From: Paraspadella gotoi
Taxonomy: Eukaryota; Animalia; Chaetognatha
Length of the DNA: 64,000 nucleotides
Assembly: GCA_051294375.1 (NCBI GenBank)
Contig: CM119266.1
Coordinates: 2,345,008-2,409,007 of the forward strand
Direction: 5' to 3'
A program made the translations under genes and the position numbers. Of the stretch, positions 11,978 to 24,700 are shown piece by piece. Below the pieces are notes generated by a model. That model was not told the origin of the DNA. It did no database searches and was given only the letters and a program-made list of their open reading frames with translations. The number at the start of each line of letters is the position of its first letter. Within the stretch, counting starts at the first letter, position 1.

Positions 11978-14435
11978 GAGAGAGAGAGAGAGAGAGAGAA
12001 GGAAAAAGAAAGGAAATGGTAGAAGGTTCAGAGAATTTATTTTTAATTTTCCTTTTATCTTTACTTTCCTCTTTCTTCACTTACCCCCAAAAACCGCCAC
12101 AGGTACATAAACGAGGCGAGCGAACTCACCCAAAAAGTCCTCCAACACATGGAAGACGTCAAAGTCCGCGAGATGCAGATCTTCGACTACAAAAAGAAAA
12201 TCGCTGAGGCCGAAACGAAGCTGAAGCAGCAACAGAACCTTTACGAGGCCGTCAGGTGAGGGTGGGTTGAGGCCAAGGGGGGGGTGGGGTTGGTTGGGTA
12301 GGTGTGGGGCAATAGGTAGTGGATTTGATCCCCGAATCTCCGATCCACGAGTGAACAATCGATTTTTCTTACATGAGGAACTTGGGAGGTGAGCCAAATA
12401 TGATTTGCAGTTGTTATCCACGGTGATGCTTCACTCGTGGATTGGCGGTTCGGGAATCGAATCCACGCTCTGAAAACAAAAAAATTAATTATACCGTTTG
12501 TGATAATGTTACATATGCATTGCGAGTGATTGACCTAGTTTTACGTAAAGTACTTTACGTAAGTATTTTTACTTACTTTACTTTACTTTACTTTCACTTT
12601 GTCGGTCCGTCGGTCCCACCCCGAAATCTTGTCGGTAAATCATTTTTATCACATCAGAACATCATAAAGTTAAAAAAATGATGCAAGTTGAAAAAATGAT
12701 GCAAATTTGAAAAATGATGCGAGTTGAAAAAATGATGCAAATTTGAAAAATGATGCGATTGAAAAAAATGATGCAAGTTAAAAAAATGATGCAAATTTAA
12801 AGAATTATGCAAGTTGAAAAAATTATGCAAGTTGAAAAAATTATGCGAGTAAAAAAAATGATGCAAGTGGAAAAAATAATAACAGTTAAAAAAATTATTT
12901 GTAATTAATTTATTTATTTATTTATTTATTTAGCTGATTACCGCTTAATTATCGTGGGCAGATCCGACTTTGTTTGCTCAAACTTGTTTTCCCTTGAAAC
13001 TGGCATTTCTTTTAAAACCTCAAGCTCAATCTATCCTTAATACCATCTGCCACGCCCACTTCCGGTCCCGCAGATCCGACCGTAACCTCTACTCGAAGAA
13101 CCTGATCGAGGCTCAAGACGAAATCGCGGAGATGAGGAGAAAATTGAAGATCATGAATCATCAGATCGATCAGTTGAAAGAAGAGATCACAGCGAAGGAG
13201 GCCAATTTGGTCAAGGAGCATTTGGATCATCAGAGGGTGGAGAAGGAGAAGGACGCTTTGAAGGTGGGGAGGGGGAGAGAGAGAGAGAGAGAGGGAGAGA
13301 GAGAGAGAGAGAGAGATAGAAAAGAAAAGAGGATTAAACAAATTTATACGAAAAGAGAGTATAAGAACTAGCGGAATGGTCCATTCTTCCGTTGCCAAGT
13401 TACCACAAAACCAAAAAAGTCATCCTTAACCCACCCACCCAACCTCTCCACCCACCCAACCCCTCCCCCCCAAATCAGGCGGACCTGATGCGCATGAAGC
13501 AACAGGCGGCGGAGAACAAAAACTACATCGAAGAACAAGAGGCGGAGCAGAGGAAGTTGCTTAAGATCATTTCGGAGGCGGACGCAGAGAGGTTGCGGCA
13601 GAAAAAAGAGTTAGATCAGGTGACGAGAGTATAACATCGATAATAATGTTAAAAAGCTTTTTTTAGCAATGTCAACTAACAAAAATGCCCAGATTTACCT
13701 ATCGAGTGTGCATTTTTTAAACTAAATGAACTTAGTAGTTTGATTTCTCACTTAAGGATATTGCTTAAGATTAACTGGCATTAGTAATATTACTACATTA
13801 TGAACAAATTATGAACGATTTATGTGCATTTTTAACATAAGTGGGTCAGACCGACGGACAGACATACAGACCGACCGACCGAAAAGTGAGTACTCGCGGC
13901 GCAACTAAAAATATCTTTAATGCGACTGATTTTCAGGTGATCAGCGAACGTGACATTCTCGGAACGCAGCTGGTCCGAAGAAACGACGAGCTGGCTCTTC
14001 TGTACGAAAAGATAAAGATTCAGCAGTCAACACTGAACAAGGGCGAGATTCAGTACAGGCGAGAAATAATAAAAACAAATTCAAATTAAACGTAGTTAAA
14101 GGAGATAAATTTAGATAAATTGAAACTATATCCCAATTTATTTTCAAACTTTGTAAAATAAGTATGATACAAAATAACAAAAGAGCAAACAACAACAAAA
14201 AATGACCCCGTTTCTCCCATCAGAGCGCGAGTCGAAGATATTCGACTCCTTAAACTGGAAATCAAGAAATTGCGTCGCGAAAAATCGATTCTGCAGAAGC
14301 GAGTGTCCAACGTGGATGATTTGCGACGCGAGGTCTTCCATCTGCAACGCGAATTGTTGCGAGAGAGAACGAGATGCAAGGCGTTGGAAGAAGAGTTGGA
14401 AAATCCAATGAACATTCACAGGTGGAGTGTAAAAG

Positions 14436-14520
<85 letters not shown>

Positions 14521-15422
14521 TCCATTTTTACGTTAAAAAAATTGCCAGATGGCGCAAATTGGAGGGAAGCGATCCGTCGACCTACGAGATGATTCAAAAG
14601 ATTCAAACTCTGCAGAAAAGACTCATCACCAAAACGGAAGAAGTTGTTGAGAAGGAATTGTTGATTCAGGTGACGAGTTTAGAATGTAAATCTTTGACAG
14701 AACTACAATATTAACGAATTGTATTTTCAATATAATGAGGCAGTCATCAATTGGAGAAAATTATCTAGAATAAAATAATTCGTTACCGGAAACAAAGTAG
14801 AACAGAGAGAGAAAGAGAGAGAGAGACGGTACTATTAAGCCAAACGAATGACCGACAGACCAAAATGTTTGTTTGTTTTATTTTGTTTTCATTTCGTTTT
14901 ATATCATTTTTTTAATACCAGGAAAAAGAGAAACTCTATGTAGAGCTGAAACACATCCTGGCGAGACAACCGGGACCCGAAGTTGCAGAGCAGATTCAAA
15001 TCTACCAGGTGTCGCTAAAGGAGAAGACGAAGCAGATGAAGAGCATGGCCAGCGAACTCAATATGTACGAATCGCAGGTCAGTTAGAGAGAGGGAGCGAG
15101 AGAGAGAGAGCGAACACTTAATAAAAAGAATTATTTTTTCAACCAGGTCCAAGAGTACAAATACGAGATAGAGCGCCTATCGCGAGATTTGCAAGACGTC
15201 AAGAAAAAGTATTTCATGCAGAAAAAAAAAGAGCATCAGAATCGAGAGAAGGAGAGGGCGTTCGCAGTGGCGGGGGGCGGCGCGACCGGTTCGGGGAGTC
15301 AGGGCATGGTGGGTAGCATGTCGACGGGTGGGGTGCAGCCCCAGAGGACGGGCGAGGGGCCGCGCTTCACGGGGGGCGGATTTAATTTGCGGCAGGCGCC
15401 GACGGGAAAGGTCACTTCGTAA
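7972..15422 (+). CDS. CFAP58: Cilia- and flagella-associated protein 58 (CCDC147), ~16 exons
   Basis: Spliced peptides match CFAP58: FRVEYEKLHRALSKSHESEKRL, AWKMVDQAHEKE, LKQQQNLYEAVRSDRNLYSKNLIEAQDEI, VISERDILGTQLVRRNDELALLYEKIKIQ, ALEEELENPMNIHRWRKLEGSDP, RFTGGGFNL. One apparent +1 indel at 11858-11860 and one GC-AG intron at 14059. Confidence 0.95.
8905..9245. repeat. 12-bp minisatellite (gtgatgaaagga)n starting at a CFAP58 splice donor
   Basis: Directly visible. It produces the spurious GVMK/TPFI ORFs in the track. Confidence 0.95.
12319..12466. mobile_element. Small inverted-repeat element (MITE-like)
   Basis: ~36-bp imperfect arms: gtggatttgatcccgaatctccgatccacgagtgaa and ttcactcgtggattggcggttcgggaatcgaatccac. 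Confidence 0.6.
12594..12989 (-). mobile_element. Degenerate HINE/DINE-1-like copy containing an 18-bp tandem repeat (~12672-12875)
   Basis: Both ends match the reverse complement of the 40969 and 53271 elements (tcactttgtcggtccgtcgg; gcagatccgac...tttgctcaaacttgtt). Internal repeat unit gcaagttgaaaaaatgat. Confidence 0.7.
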
Positions 15423-15944
15423 AAGAATGTGCGCAAAGCATTATTTTATTTACTTTTAAAAATTATTATGCGTGTTCAATTATATTTTATAATTTTTTAA
15501 TAACTTCGATTTTATTAAATAAAATTTAATTTCTCGTCGTATTCCACCCGGATATTTTAACTCTTCATCGTAATGACCTCTTTTCATGCATTCTATTTTA
15601 AATTCAGCGGAATCATTTTTTCAAAGTGATTTTGTCATAGCAGAGTCGAAGCTAGTCAAATGTAAATAACTCGATTTAATCTTATACATTTTTGTCGCCA
15701 ATTAAACCCACCGGCCCTCATTGTCTTCATTGCATTTCAGCCCTTTGTACTGTAATTTAAATATTTTTGTCTTTTACAAACGGTTGCTTTTCTTCCAGTT
15801 ATATCTTTACTTTATGACTTACCGATATAACCTCATTATGACGCTACGCACGCTACGCGACCAGCCAATAAACCGTAGATCCAAGTGACGTAACAAAACA
15901 CTCTCTATCGAATCTCAATCTCAATCTCAATCTCGACCGCAATC

Positions 15945-16843
15945 ATGAACATTTTCGGTGATCTCGGCCGCGCGAAGAAGAGAGCCTGCTTCGGCGCGAC
16001 GGGGAATCGCGAGGTCTACCCCATGGGGAAGATTGCCTCCAAATTTGGGGCCGAATTGGCACCCATCAGGGGAGACCCGTTCGGTGAGTGAGGGGCCCAG
16101 CTTTGGTTGAGGCGGAAATTAAATAATTGAATAGTAAACCGATAAATTAATAATTAAGGCTTTTATTTAGTTGGCCCGGGTTCATATCAAAACGAAGAAT
16201 TCACGAACTTATCATTCCAGGTTAGAAAATCACCTGGAATAATTGCTGCATTTGTTAGAGATGTAAATGTATTTAACTATTACGTATATATATAACAAAG
16301 GTTGTATTTACACGACCTTATTTGAAATCAGATCGACAGTTTTCTCACGTCCAGACGCGGCTATTCGTTAGGAGCCAGGACGGGTCCGCAAATCAAACCC
16401 CACGGAAGACCCCATTGGGTCTACCCACTCGGGGTCACGGAGACCCCCTCGCCCGAGTCCTATCAACAGGATCACACGGCGCCGCGTCGATTCAAGCAAA
16501 ACAAGCACCCGTTCGACGCCGCGGCGCGTCGGTTCAGCAAGGGGATCGGCGAGGCGGATTTGCCCGGACCAGGAGCTTATGATCACGACGTGCAAAGGAA
16601 TAAGCACGTGCAATTGGCCGGTGAGCTACATATAGTTTATTTTCCGATCTTGCTTAAAACCTTTTTCATAATCTTCAAAAAATAGGCTAATCTATGGATT
16701 ATTTGTCGGTAGGTTGTTTCGGCGGTCCGCAAACAAACGTGATTCCACTGGAACTTCAACCCAGCGTGAAAAGACTTATGACTGAGACAGAGCTAAAGAA
16801 GCATCGAAGAAGACTGTCCTACTTAAGCCTCCACTGGAAATAA
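15945..16843 (+). CDS. PIFO: Pitchfork / ciliary microtubule-associated protein 3 (CIMAP3), 4 exons
   Basis: Exons 15945-16083, 16171-16220, 16332-16620 and 16713-16843 splice in frame: CFGATGNREVYP...PIRGDPFVGPGSY...TSRRGYSLGART...KQNKHPF...PGPGAY...FGGP...KKHRRRLSYLSLHWK. This matches the motif order of Pitchfork. The ORF track misses this gene. Confidence 0.85.
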
Positions 16844-17766
16844 TATTGAGCCCACGTACTTTTTTTTGCGTTGTATTCAATTTATCTTCAAAACTGCGCG
16901 TTTGGGGAAAACGCCCCAAACAGATGGAATTTCAGAAATGAGAGGAAACAGAAAATAGTGCGTTTTTTTAATATTCAAAATGCCGTTCTCGCGATGCTTT
17001 ACCTACAGTATACAAACTGTATCGACGGCATGTAAAAATGGTAAATTTAGAGACGAAATCGGAGGTATATATATTGACAGTAAATTGAACGAACAAATTA
17101 AAAAGTTGGCCATTTTTGCCTAACGACTCTTGTTTGGATGATCGAGACAAACAGTTCCTCCGAGTCGAATATATACGAGTAAAGTCAATGTTAAACCTTA
17201 ATAAAACAGTATACCGAAATACGGGCTAACGTTTTATTTTTATAATTTTTATAAGTATCTTTAACTTAAATCTCGCGACGGAAATTTTGATAATCGAAGG
17301 AAAAGAAAAACAGCAATCGTCGCGATTTATTCAGGGGGAAGAGAATGGGGTCTAAATTTTAATTTTAATCATAACTTTTTAAAAAAGTTATTAAATATTT
17401 TTCGTCAAAGAAAGTTAATGAAAAAGAAGCGAGTAAGATGGGAATGAGTAGGGGGCGAGAAGGAAAAAGAAAAGGTGATGACTAGAGTTAAATCCACTCT
17501 TACTGAAAGAACTTTCTTCAGGTAGAAATAGCTCTAGCTCGTTTTTAATGAGACTGGAATAAAGCGAAATGTCTTTTTTTAAAAATTGTGTTCGTGAAGA
17601 AACAACCGTAAATTTTCGAATGAATCGGCGTCCTACTGCCTCAGCGTATGTGATTTGGTCAGCGCCGCTCATCGCGAAAACAAAAGGATCGAAACGATAA
17701 CAAAAAGAATTATCAAAGAAGTTATTCCAATATCCATTTCGTAAAAAACGTGTCCGAATCGAGAAC

Positions 17767-17802
<36 letters not shown>

Positions 17803-18154
17803 GAGATAGGAAATAGAAAGAGAGGAAGGAAGAACTGGAGAGTGGGTGGCAAGATGATGTCCGTTCTCGAACATATACATGTATTTCATCGCTGACCGAA
17901 ACTCACGGGGGAATAAGGGGAGGGGGAAAAGATTTCTGAGTAAACGGAACAGGTAAATAGAAAGGGGTGGGTCTGACAAACGGAGATCTTAAATTAAATT
18001 AAATTAAAAAGTAAGAGTAATAAAGGACAAAAGAGGTCGGGAATTAAAGGGAAAGAAATAAAAGTGAAAAAAGAAGCGTGAGGTTTCTGCATCAACGTAT
18101 TTCGCGCAGCCGTGTCGTCATATTCCATTTCGGAGTGAACAGAGTTTGTCTGGA

Positions 18155-20979
18155 CTAAAAATCCTGATTGTTCATTCTGTTCTTTCCGGGTCCCATTCCG
18201 CCGCCACCGCCGCCGCCACCGCCTCGAGGTCCGGGCATGTTGTTACGCTGGCCCCACGGGCGGTTGTTCCACGCGGGGCGAGGGTACATTGGGGGTCCGT
18301 TGCGATGATAACCTGAGAAAAAGTGCAGAAAAATGAAAATAAAGCATAGGACAACGTACTTTCGCTTGGCCTAACAGAAAAACTAAATCCTACCCACAGG
18401 ACTTACCCTGCCCTCCGCGCCTGTAGCCTCCGCGCCAGCCGCCGCGGCCTCCTCTGCCGTGATGATATCGTCTCGCCGCCGCGACCGAAGGAACGCCGAA
18501 GGTCTCAGAGTTCAGGGCTCGTTCCTCTCTCCATGAGGGCCTGTTCGAACTGAGGGTGGACCCGGTGGGGGATAGAAAAAGAATTGATTAAGCGGATCAA
18601 GAAAAAAACGGAAAAGAACGCTCAGACTAAGTGCACTTTGAAAAAATAGTTATATATAAAATATTGAGTGCCTCACTCATTCCAAACATGTGTCCTTACC
18701 CGCCCTTAAGTCGTTCGGTGGCCTCGCAAGAGATGTTGTCAAAGAAGCTCTTGCTTTTGTTGTAGTAACCGTCGTCTTCCTCTTCGTCGACTTCGCTACC
18801 TTCCGGAATCTCTTCGTTCTCCATGTCAGCTCCATCCGAGGCCTGAAGGCGGAAAATCAAAATGTCAATTTAACGATACTTAATTTAATTCAATTCAATG
18901 ATTAATAAATTAGTCTTAGTACTAAACAGTAAAACAAACTTAAGTTTGGGGTAGAGCGGAACGAAAAAAATTTTCAAATTAAAAAAAACCGTACAATTAC
19001 GTAAATTAAAAACCATATTAACATTACTCCGTTGAAGAACTTGCTTCGAGTTTAATAAATACCGTATAATGTCATCAACTATATAACGATATTAACATTA
19101 CACCACTGAAAAACTCGCCTCGTTCCTCGTCTCCTTCTCCTTGGGCGAATGAGCCTCTCCATTGACGTGGTTGGTGGCGACACCGTCGGTGCTCGTCTTG
19201 TCGTCGTCGCTGATCTTGAGTTTTTGGCTCAACTCGTCCACGATCTTGTCCTTTTCGAATTTGGCGTTGGCCTCTTCGAAGTCGTAGTCGCCCTCAAACT
19301 TGAGGACGTCTTTGCCGCGCGAATTGCCGGACTTGTTCGCGGATCGCCCGCGTTGCATACCGTGGCCTAGTGGGCGAGAAATAGAATGTGTATTGTGCAA
19401 GGTATTTAGAATGTGACTTTTAATCTCTTAACTTTCACAATATCACTCCCTGAAATTAATTATACGGTAAAGAGCCTTAGACTCACCGGGCGGGGGTCCA
19501 CCGACTCTTCCAACTCGACCGCCGGGTCCCATTGGGCCCATCATGGGCGGTGGGCCTCGCGGGCCCAAGTTGTTCATATTTCCGTGATTCATATTTCCGT
19601 GGCTCATATTGCCATGGCTCATATTGCCATGGCTCATATTGCCATGGCTCATATTGCCATGGCTCATGTTCCCGTGGCCCATGTGAGGTCCCATGTGCAT
19701 GGGCACCTGCCGGAAAGGCCGGGGCGGCTGAGCGGAGGGAACGCCTCGAGTGGATCCTCCTCGAGAGCCTGGTCGGAAAAAAGAAGATTTTGAAAGATTT
19801 CAAATCAAACTTTTCACTACACATCCCACGACGCGAACCTTGGTTTCCGACGGACCGTTGTCCGACAGAATTCTCTTTGTTTTTGGGATCCCTGTAGTCT
19901 CGGTGATTACTGATCGGACCGCCAGGGGCGCGGTTCATGTTCCGACCGGCGACGTGGCCCACTTCTTGGTCCAACAAAGGCGGTGGGTGAGACGAAGGCT
20001 GCGCCAGATTAGCACCACCGGGAGACTGCGACGTTCTGCAGATAGGAGAGAAATGGTGATCTAACGATTATGTTGCTTATTATTAACATAATTTTTAATA
20101 AACTAGGATGACTATAACCTCGTGTTACGCCCGCACCTGGGATGTCCGGGAGAAGTCGGGCTAGCCTCGACTCTTTGCGGGGAAGTGCTGCGTGTTTCCT
20201 GTACATTGGCGGCATTCTGGACGGGAACGCCGGGTTGTGAATTTGCACCGTAATGTTGATGATGAACATGCTGTGTGACAAAAATTAAGTGTGAAAGATA
20301 AATTCAAGAAAGACTAATTGGCGGACGCACTGACTCTCCATCAGCCGACCTGGAAAGCAGGCTGAGGCGGCGGAGCTTGCGGCAATCCTCCGAGCGGTCG
20401 ATACGGTCCCGCAGACTGGCTCGACGGCGGGTTGGCCGGACCGATGGGAGCCGGAGCTGGCGGAACCGTCGTCGAGCCTCCGGGAGATGGCAGTTGGGCA
20501 GAGGATGTCGGAGAAAACGAGGTCGTTGATGGGACGGGCGCGGATTGCTAAAATTGGGAGGGATTTGAGGTTAGCTTATATTCCCATAGAGCTTGCTTTA
20601 CTACATCCCACTATTTCGCTCACCTGAACGATGGCAGGATCGTGCGGTAGGCAAGGTCCTTTCGGCCCCTCGCAAACGTGAAGATCTTTTATGTCGCTCC
20701 CGCGAAAGATGATGTACTCGTAGATCTCATCTCTCGGAGGAACTGGCCGCTCCGTAGGTCGAATTTCCGTCCCGAATGAACGCACTGGTAATTCGGGGAA
20801 AAACTAAAATGTTATTTTCGGAGGGAACATTAATAACATACAAAAAAAATCTTACCTTTCGCTAGAGCGACGGTACTTTCGTTCGGATCTATCGTATATA
20901 GAATGCCCTCGTATCTAATTTCCGCCTTGGAAATCAGGCTGATCTTACTCCCCAAATAGGGGATACCACCCCCGCTCAT
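18155..20979 (-). CDS. LSM14: LSM14 / RAP55 / Trailer hitch mRNA-processing-body protein
   Basis: N-terminal Lsm domain [31 protein letters not shown]...VRSFGTE...[19 protein letters not shown]-type motif ([16 protein letters not shown]), FFD box ([14 protein letters not shown]), TFG box ([11 protein letters not shown]) and an RGG-rich tail. Stop at 18155-18157. Confidence 0.96.
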
Positions 20980-21790
20980 GATTCTTCTCTCGCCCGCCTG
21001 TTTTGTTTATTTGTCACGAGACGCGAATAAATCGAATCCTGATCGAATCGAAGAAACGAAACAAAAGATGGGGAAAAAAATTATTAAACTTTTTTTTCTA
21101 ATAATGAAAAAAACTGAGGCAAAATGGCAGGCGAGCCGAGGCGGGCAGCGTCAATGATGCGATCCTTTTTCTTTCTTTATGTTTTGAAGCGGAGCGCAAC
21201 GCCGCCGACCGGGACGAGGGAAGATTTTTCCCTAATTTGGATCCACGGAACGAATTGCGTAACCCAATTCGCTCTATAAATCTAATATTTTGATCGAGAA
21301 ACAAAAGGCCAAAGTCACTAAATTTCTTGCTCATCGGTTACCGGATGTAACACAAGATTGAAACAAGTAGGGAAAAATTAAAACCACTCGTATAGGAGGA
21401 AGTCGCTGCCGAATGTGCCGCAGCAGCCCCGGATGTAGTTTAAATAACTAACGTATTCAAAACCCGGATGTACACATTTAATCGTTGAGTAGGTAAGGCG
21501 CTGTCGTCGATGCGTCGTTGCTTTTATTTAGAGGTTTTTAAATTGAAATATATGGATTTGACGCGTTTTTTAATAGAAAAATTGAAAATCTATAAGAAAA
21601 TTTCCGCTAAATTATATTTAAATAAAATATTTATTCCTGAAAAATTCGACCGAGAAAGGATGTAAAGACACGTAAGGGTTACTACACCCATAGCATGAAT
21701 TTCCCACTGCTCTGCCGCGTCGCGTCCAGGAATTTGCTGATGTCTATCTCGCCGCGCATGCGCGCCATTTCCCCGATGCAGCCAACATCA

Positions 21791-24700
21791 ATGGCGGCGG
21801 GAGGGAAGCTTTCCGCGGGGGTCCGAGGTCGGACCCTCGAGAATGGACTGTTTCCCGGCATTTTGTCGCGTATTTCGTCGTCAGGATAACGTATTTTTGT
21901 GTTTTACTCGTTGGTACTGTGTTTTGCTGATATTCCACCGATTTTAGGGTCAACATTTGACGGTTGCATTATTGTACTATTTCCAGGGGTCTGCTGGTAT
22001 TATAACTTTAAAGAGGTGGTGGGATGAATTTTGAGAGTTGTTCTTTCGTCATTTTCTAATAAATACCTTCTAAATACTCCATGAAGCAATAGACATGGTA
22101 TTCAAATTTTCAGTGAAAACTTTTTTTTACATTTTTGTCAGCGTTTTATTTTTATTCATAACCTCATCCCTATGAATTAAGAAGAATCAATCTAAATTTA
22201 CTTTTTAAGAAGTAGTCCTCATTGTGAAAAGGTTTTATTATTTAAAAGTTTGAGAACGTTTGTGATGAGTTAAAAACCGTGAAATAATTCTATAAAGTTT
22301 AAAACCAGTTTCCACGATTTATTTTTACCGCAACATGGTTTTTCCCAAATCATTCGCTCTTTTAGACCAAGGCAACGATCTTAAAAGAGCGGGATAGATA
22401 TGGCTGCAGTTTTGAAAACCTCATAAAACGTTCGATTGGGCTAAATAATATAATACGTGTCTGGTGCAAACAATTGCTGGATTGGGAACTTCATTGCTAA
22501 CAAAAGCAGCGCACAGAAAATGCAATACTAGTTTAAATAAAATAAAAATTTCAACGTTCCCGGACGGGCACTTTCGTCTTCACTCTGCGGAACATCGGCT
22601 TCATCGGAGGCGCGCCGATTCGTTCCGCGCCACCCTACCAACTCTGCCGCGAGTGACTCTATGGGTTTTGGCGCGGAAGCCTCCACTCTCGACGCCGCCG
22701 ATGCCTGCCACCGTCTTCCAGTTCTTCGCCCACAAGTTCTCTTCCTCGCTGCGTCGTTGGGAGGGGATTGACCTCTCTATTTTTGCCGCCGTCTTCGATC
22801 CGCGCCGCCATCGACCCTTCCTCCGCCATCGTCGTCGTCTGCGCCGGTGACGCGAGACATGGCCAGCCCCGCCCTGACCCTCGCCAACGCCCTGAACGTT
22901 AACGCCAACGGTCCTAGTCAAGCCAACTCGGCGACTCTGACGGTCGGGACGCCGGGAATCGGCGCGTCTCAGGTCGCCATGGTACGCCCGGTCTCGGGAA
23001 TGGCCGTCGCGTCATCCCCCGGGGTCCAGGTGGTCAACATGTCCTCCCCGCACGCTCCGACGCCGACCGTCATCGCCGGGGCTCAACCTCAAAAGATCAT
23101 GGGCCCCAGGATCCAAACCGCGGCGACACTTAGGATCCAGCCCGCGATCGCCCCTCGACCCAATGTCATTCAAATGACCGGACAGGTGAGATAAGCCTCG
23201 TTTCATCACTGATTACTGAGCGATCGTTGTAAGCTTTTGCTCGGTTGGGGATTCTACGGATTAAGCCGGAATAAGTTGGAAACTAAGATTTCTACCTCTG
23301 TAGAGTTAACAGTGAAAAAATATTTTCAATTCCCATAATACATGACCATTTGATGACAAAAAAAGCTGCCATTTGCAAACCGGTAGTGATTTTATTCATA
23401 ATGATAGCTAGTTTTGTAGACCTAAACTATTTGTGTAGTCTAACTAATTTATCATTTAATTATTTTTTTAACTTTGAGTAAAATTTTTTTAAAAAGTTTT
23501 AATTAAAATTCGGGTAAATTTACTATTCGCCGACCGTAACCAACCTTAGCTACCATCGGTCGGTGCTTTAATTCCATAACTTATGTTTTCCCTCTAGCGT
23601 CCAGTTTTAGTTTGCGCAGTAATATAAATATTCATTTTAATTTTTTATTTTTTTAAATTTTTTTATACATTTTTTGTCAGTTGATAAAAAGGTATAGTTA
23701 GTATTATTCAAAACGAGGCCTTAAACCTCCAAAGTCAGGGGCAAAATAGCTCATTTATTAAATGAGGCGGTGTGAATATACCGCCACAGGATAATTATAT
23801 TAGTTGTACCAATTTCATAACAAGTTTTATTTAAAATTATTACTTTTTCGTACGTTTTTTGTTAATTTTTGTTAAAAGAAAATCTAGAATATAAATTTTT
23901 GTACGTGTTTAGTTGGTAAAAAAATTCTATGTTCGAATAATTGTTTTGAATTTATTTTAATTGCCATAGGGGTTAATTTCGCTGGTTAGGGGGGGTTTAG
24001 GGGTGGTGAGGGTTTAGGGTTAGGATAATTAAGTAATAATATTTTTTTTAAAATAAATATTTTAAATGGTTTTTCAAAACCTTGGTCGGCAAAAGCAAAA
24101 TTTTACCTAAAATGGCTCATCACAATTTATTAATAACCTTAAACTTGCTCTGTTTCAACTGTCTTAATTAAATTAATTAAATTATACTATAGTGTTTGCA
24201 AGTACATTATTCTTTTCATATTTGCAAGGGCTTTTAGAAACTATTGACATTGATACTTTTGTATTTAAAGATTCTTTAAAATTAACAAGCTCAAACAAAA
24301 ATTTATACATTTTTTAAATATACTTACAATGGACAAAAAAATTCTTATATAGCTTTATGCCTTAATAATTATTTTTTTACTCTTTATTTATATATAGGAA
24401 AGGCCAAACAATTTTTTTTTTAATTTTAAAACCAGATTCAGATAACTCCTAAAATGTGGTCTCCACAAAGTATAATTATTTTTAAAATATTTTTATCATA
24501 AGTCAGTCAAAAATAAGAAAAACCATAAAAAATCGTTATCATCTTTTGATAATTTTATCAGTTTTTTTAGATTTTTATTGAGAAAACGTAAAAATTTTTA
24601 AAAGCTGTAATTATATTTCTCGTTTAACTTTTGATGCTCTATCAGAATCCATCAAAAAATTTTAATATTTCAAAAAAAATATTTTTTTTTATATATTAAT

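Noticed and set aside
23985-24025. Telomere-like ttaggg/ccctaa repeats (also 45870-45905)
   Set aside because: Few degenerate units inside MITE family B; not a telomeric array.
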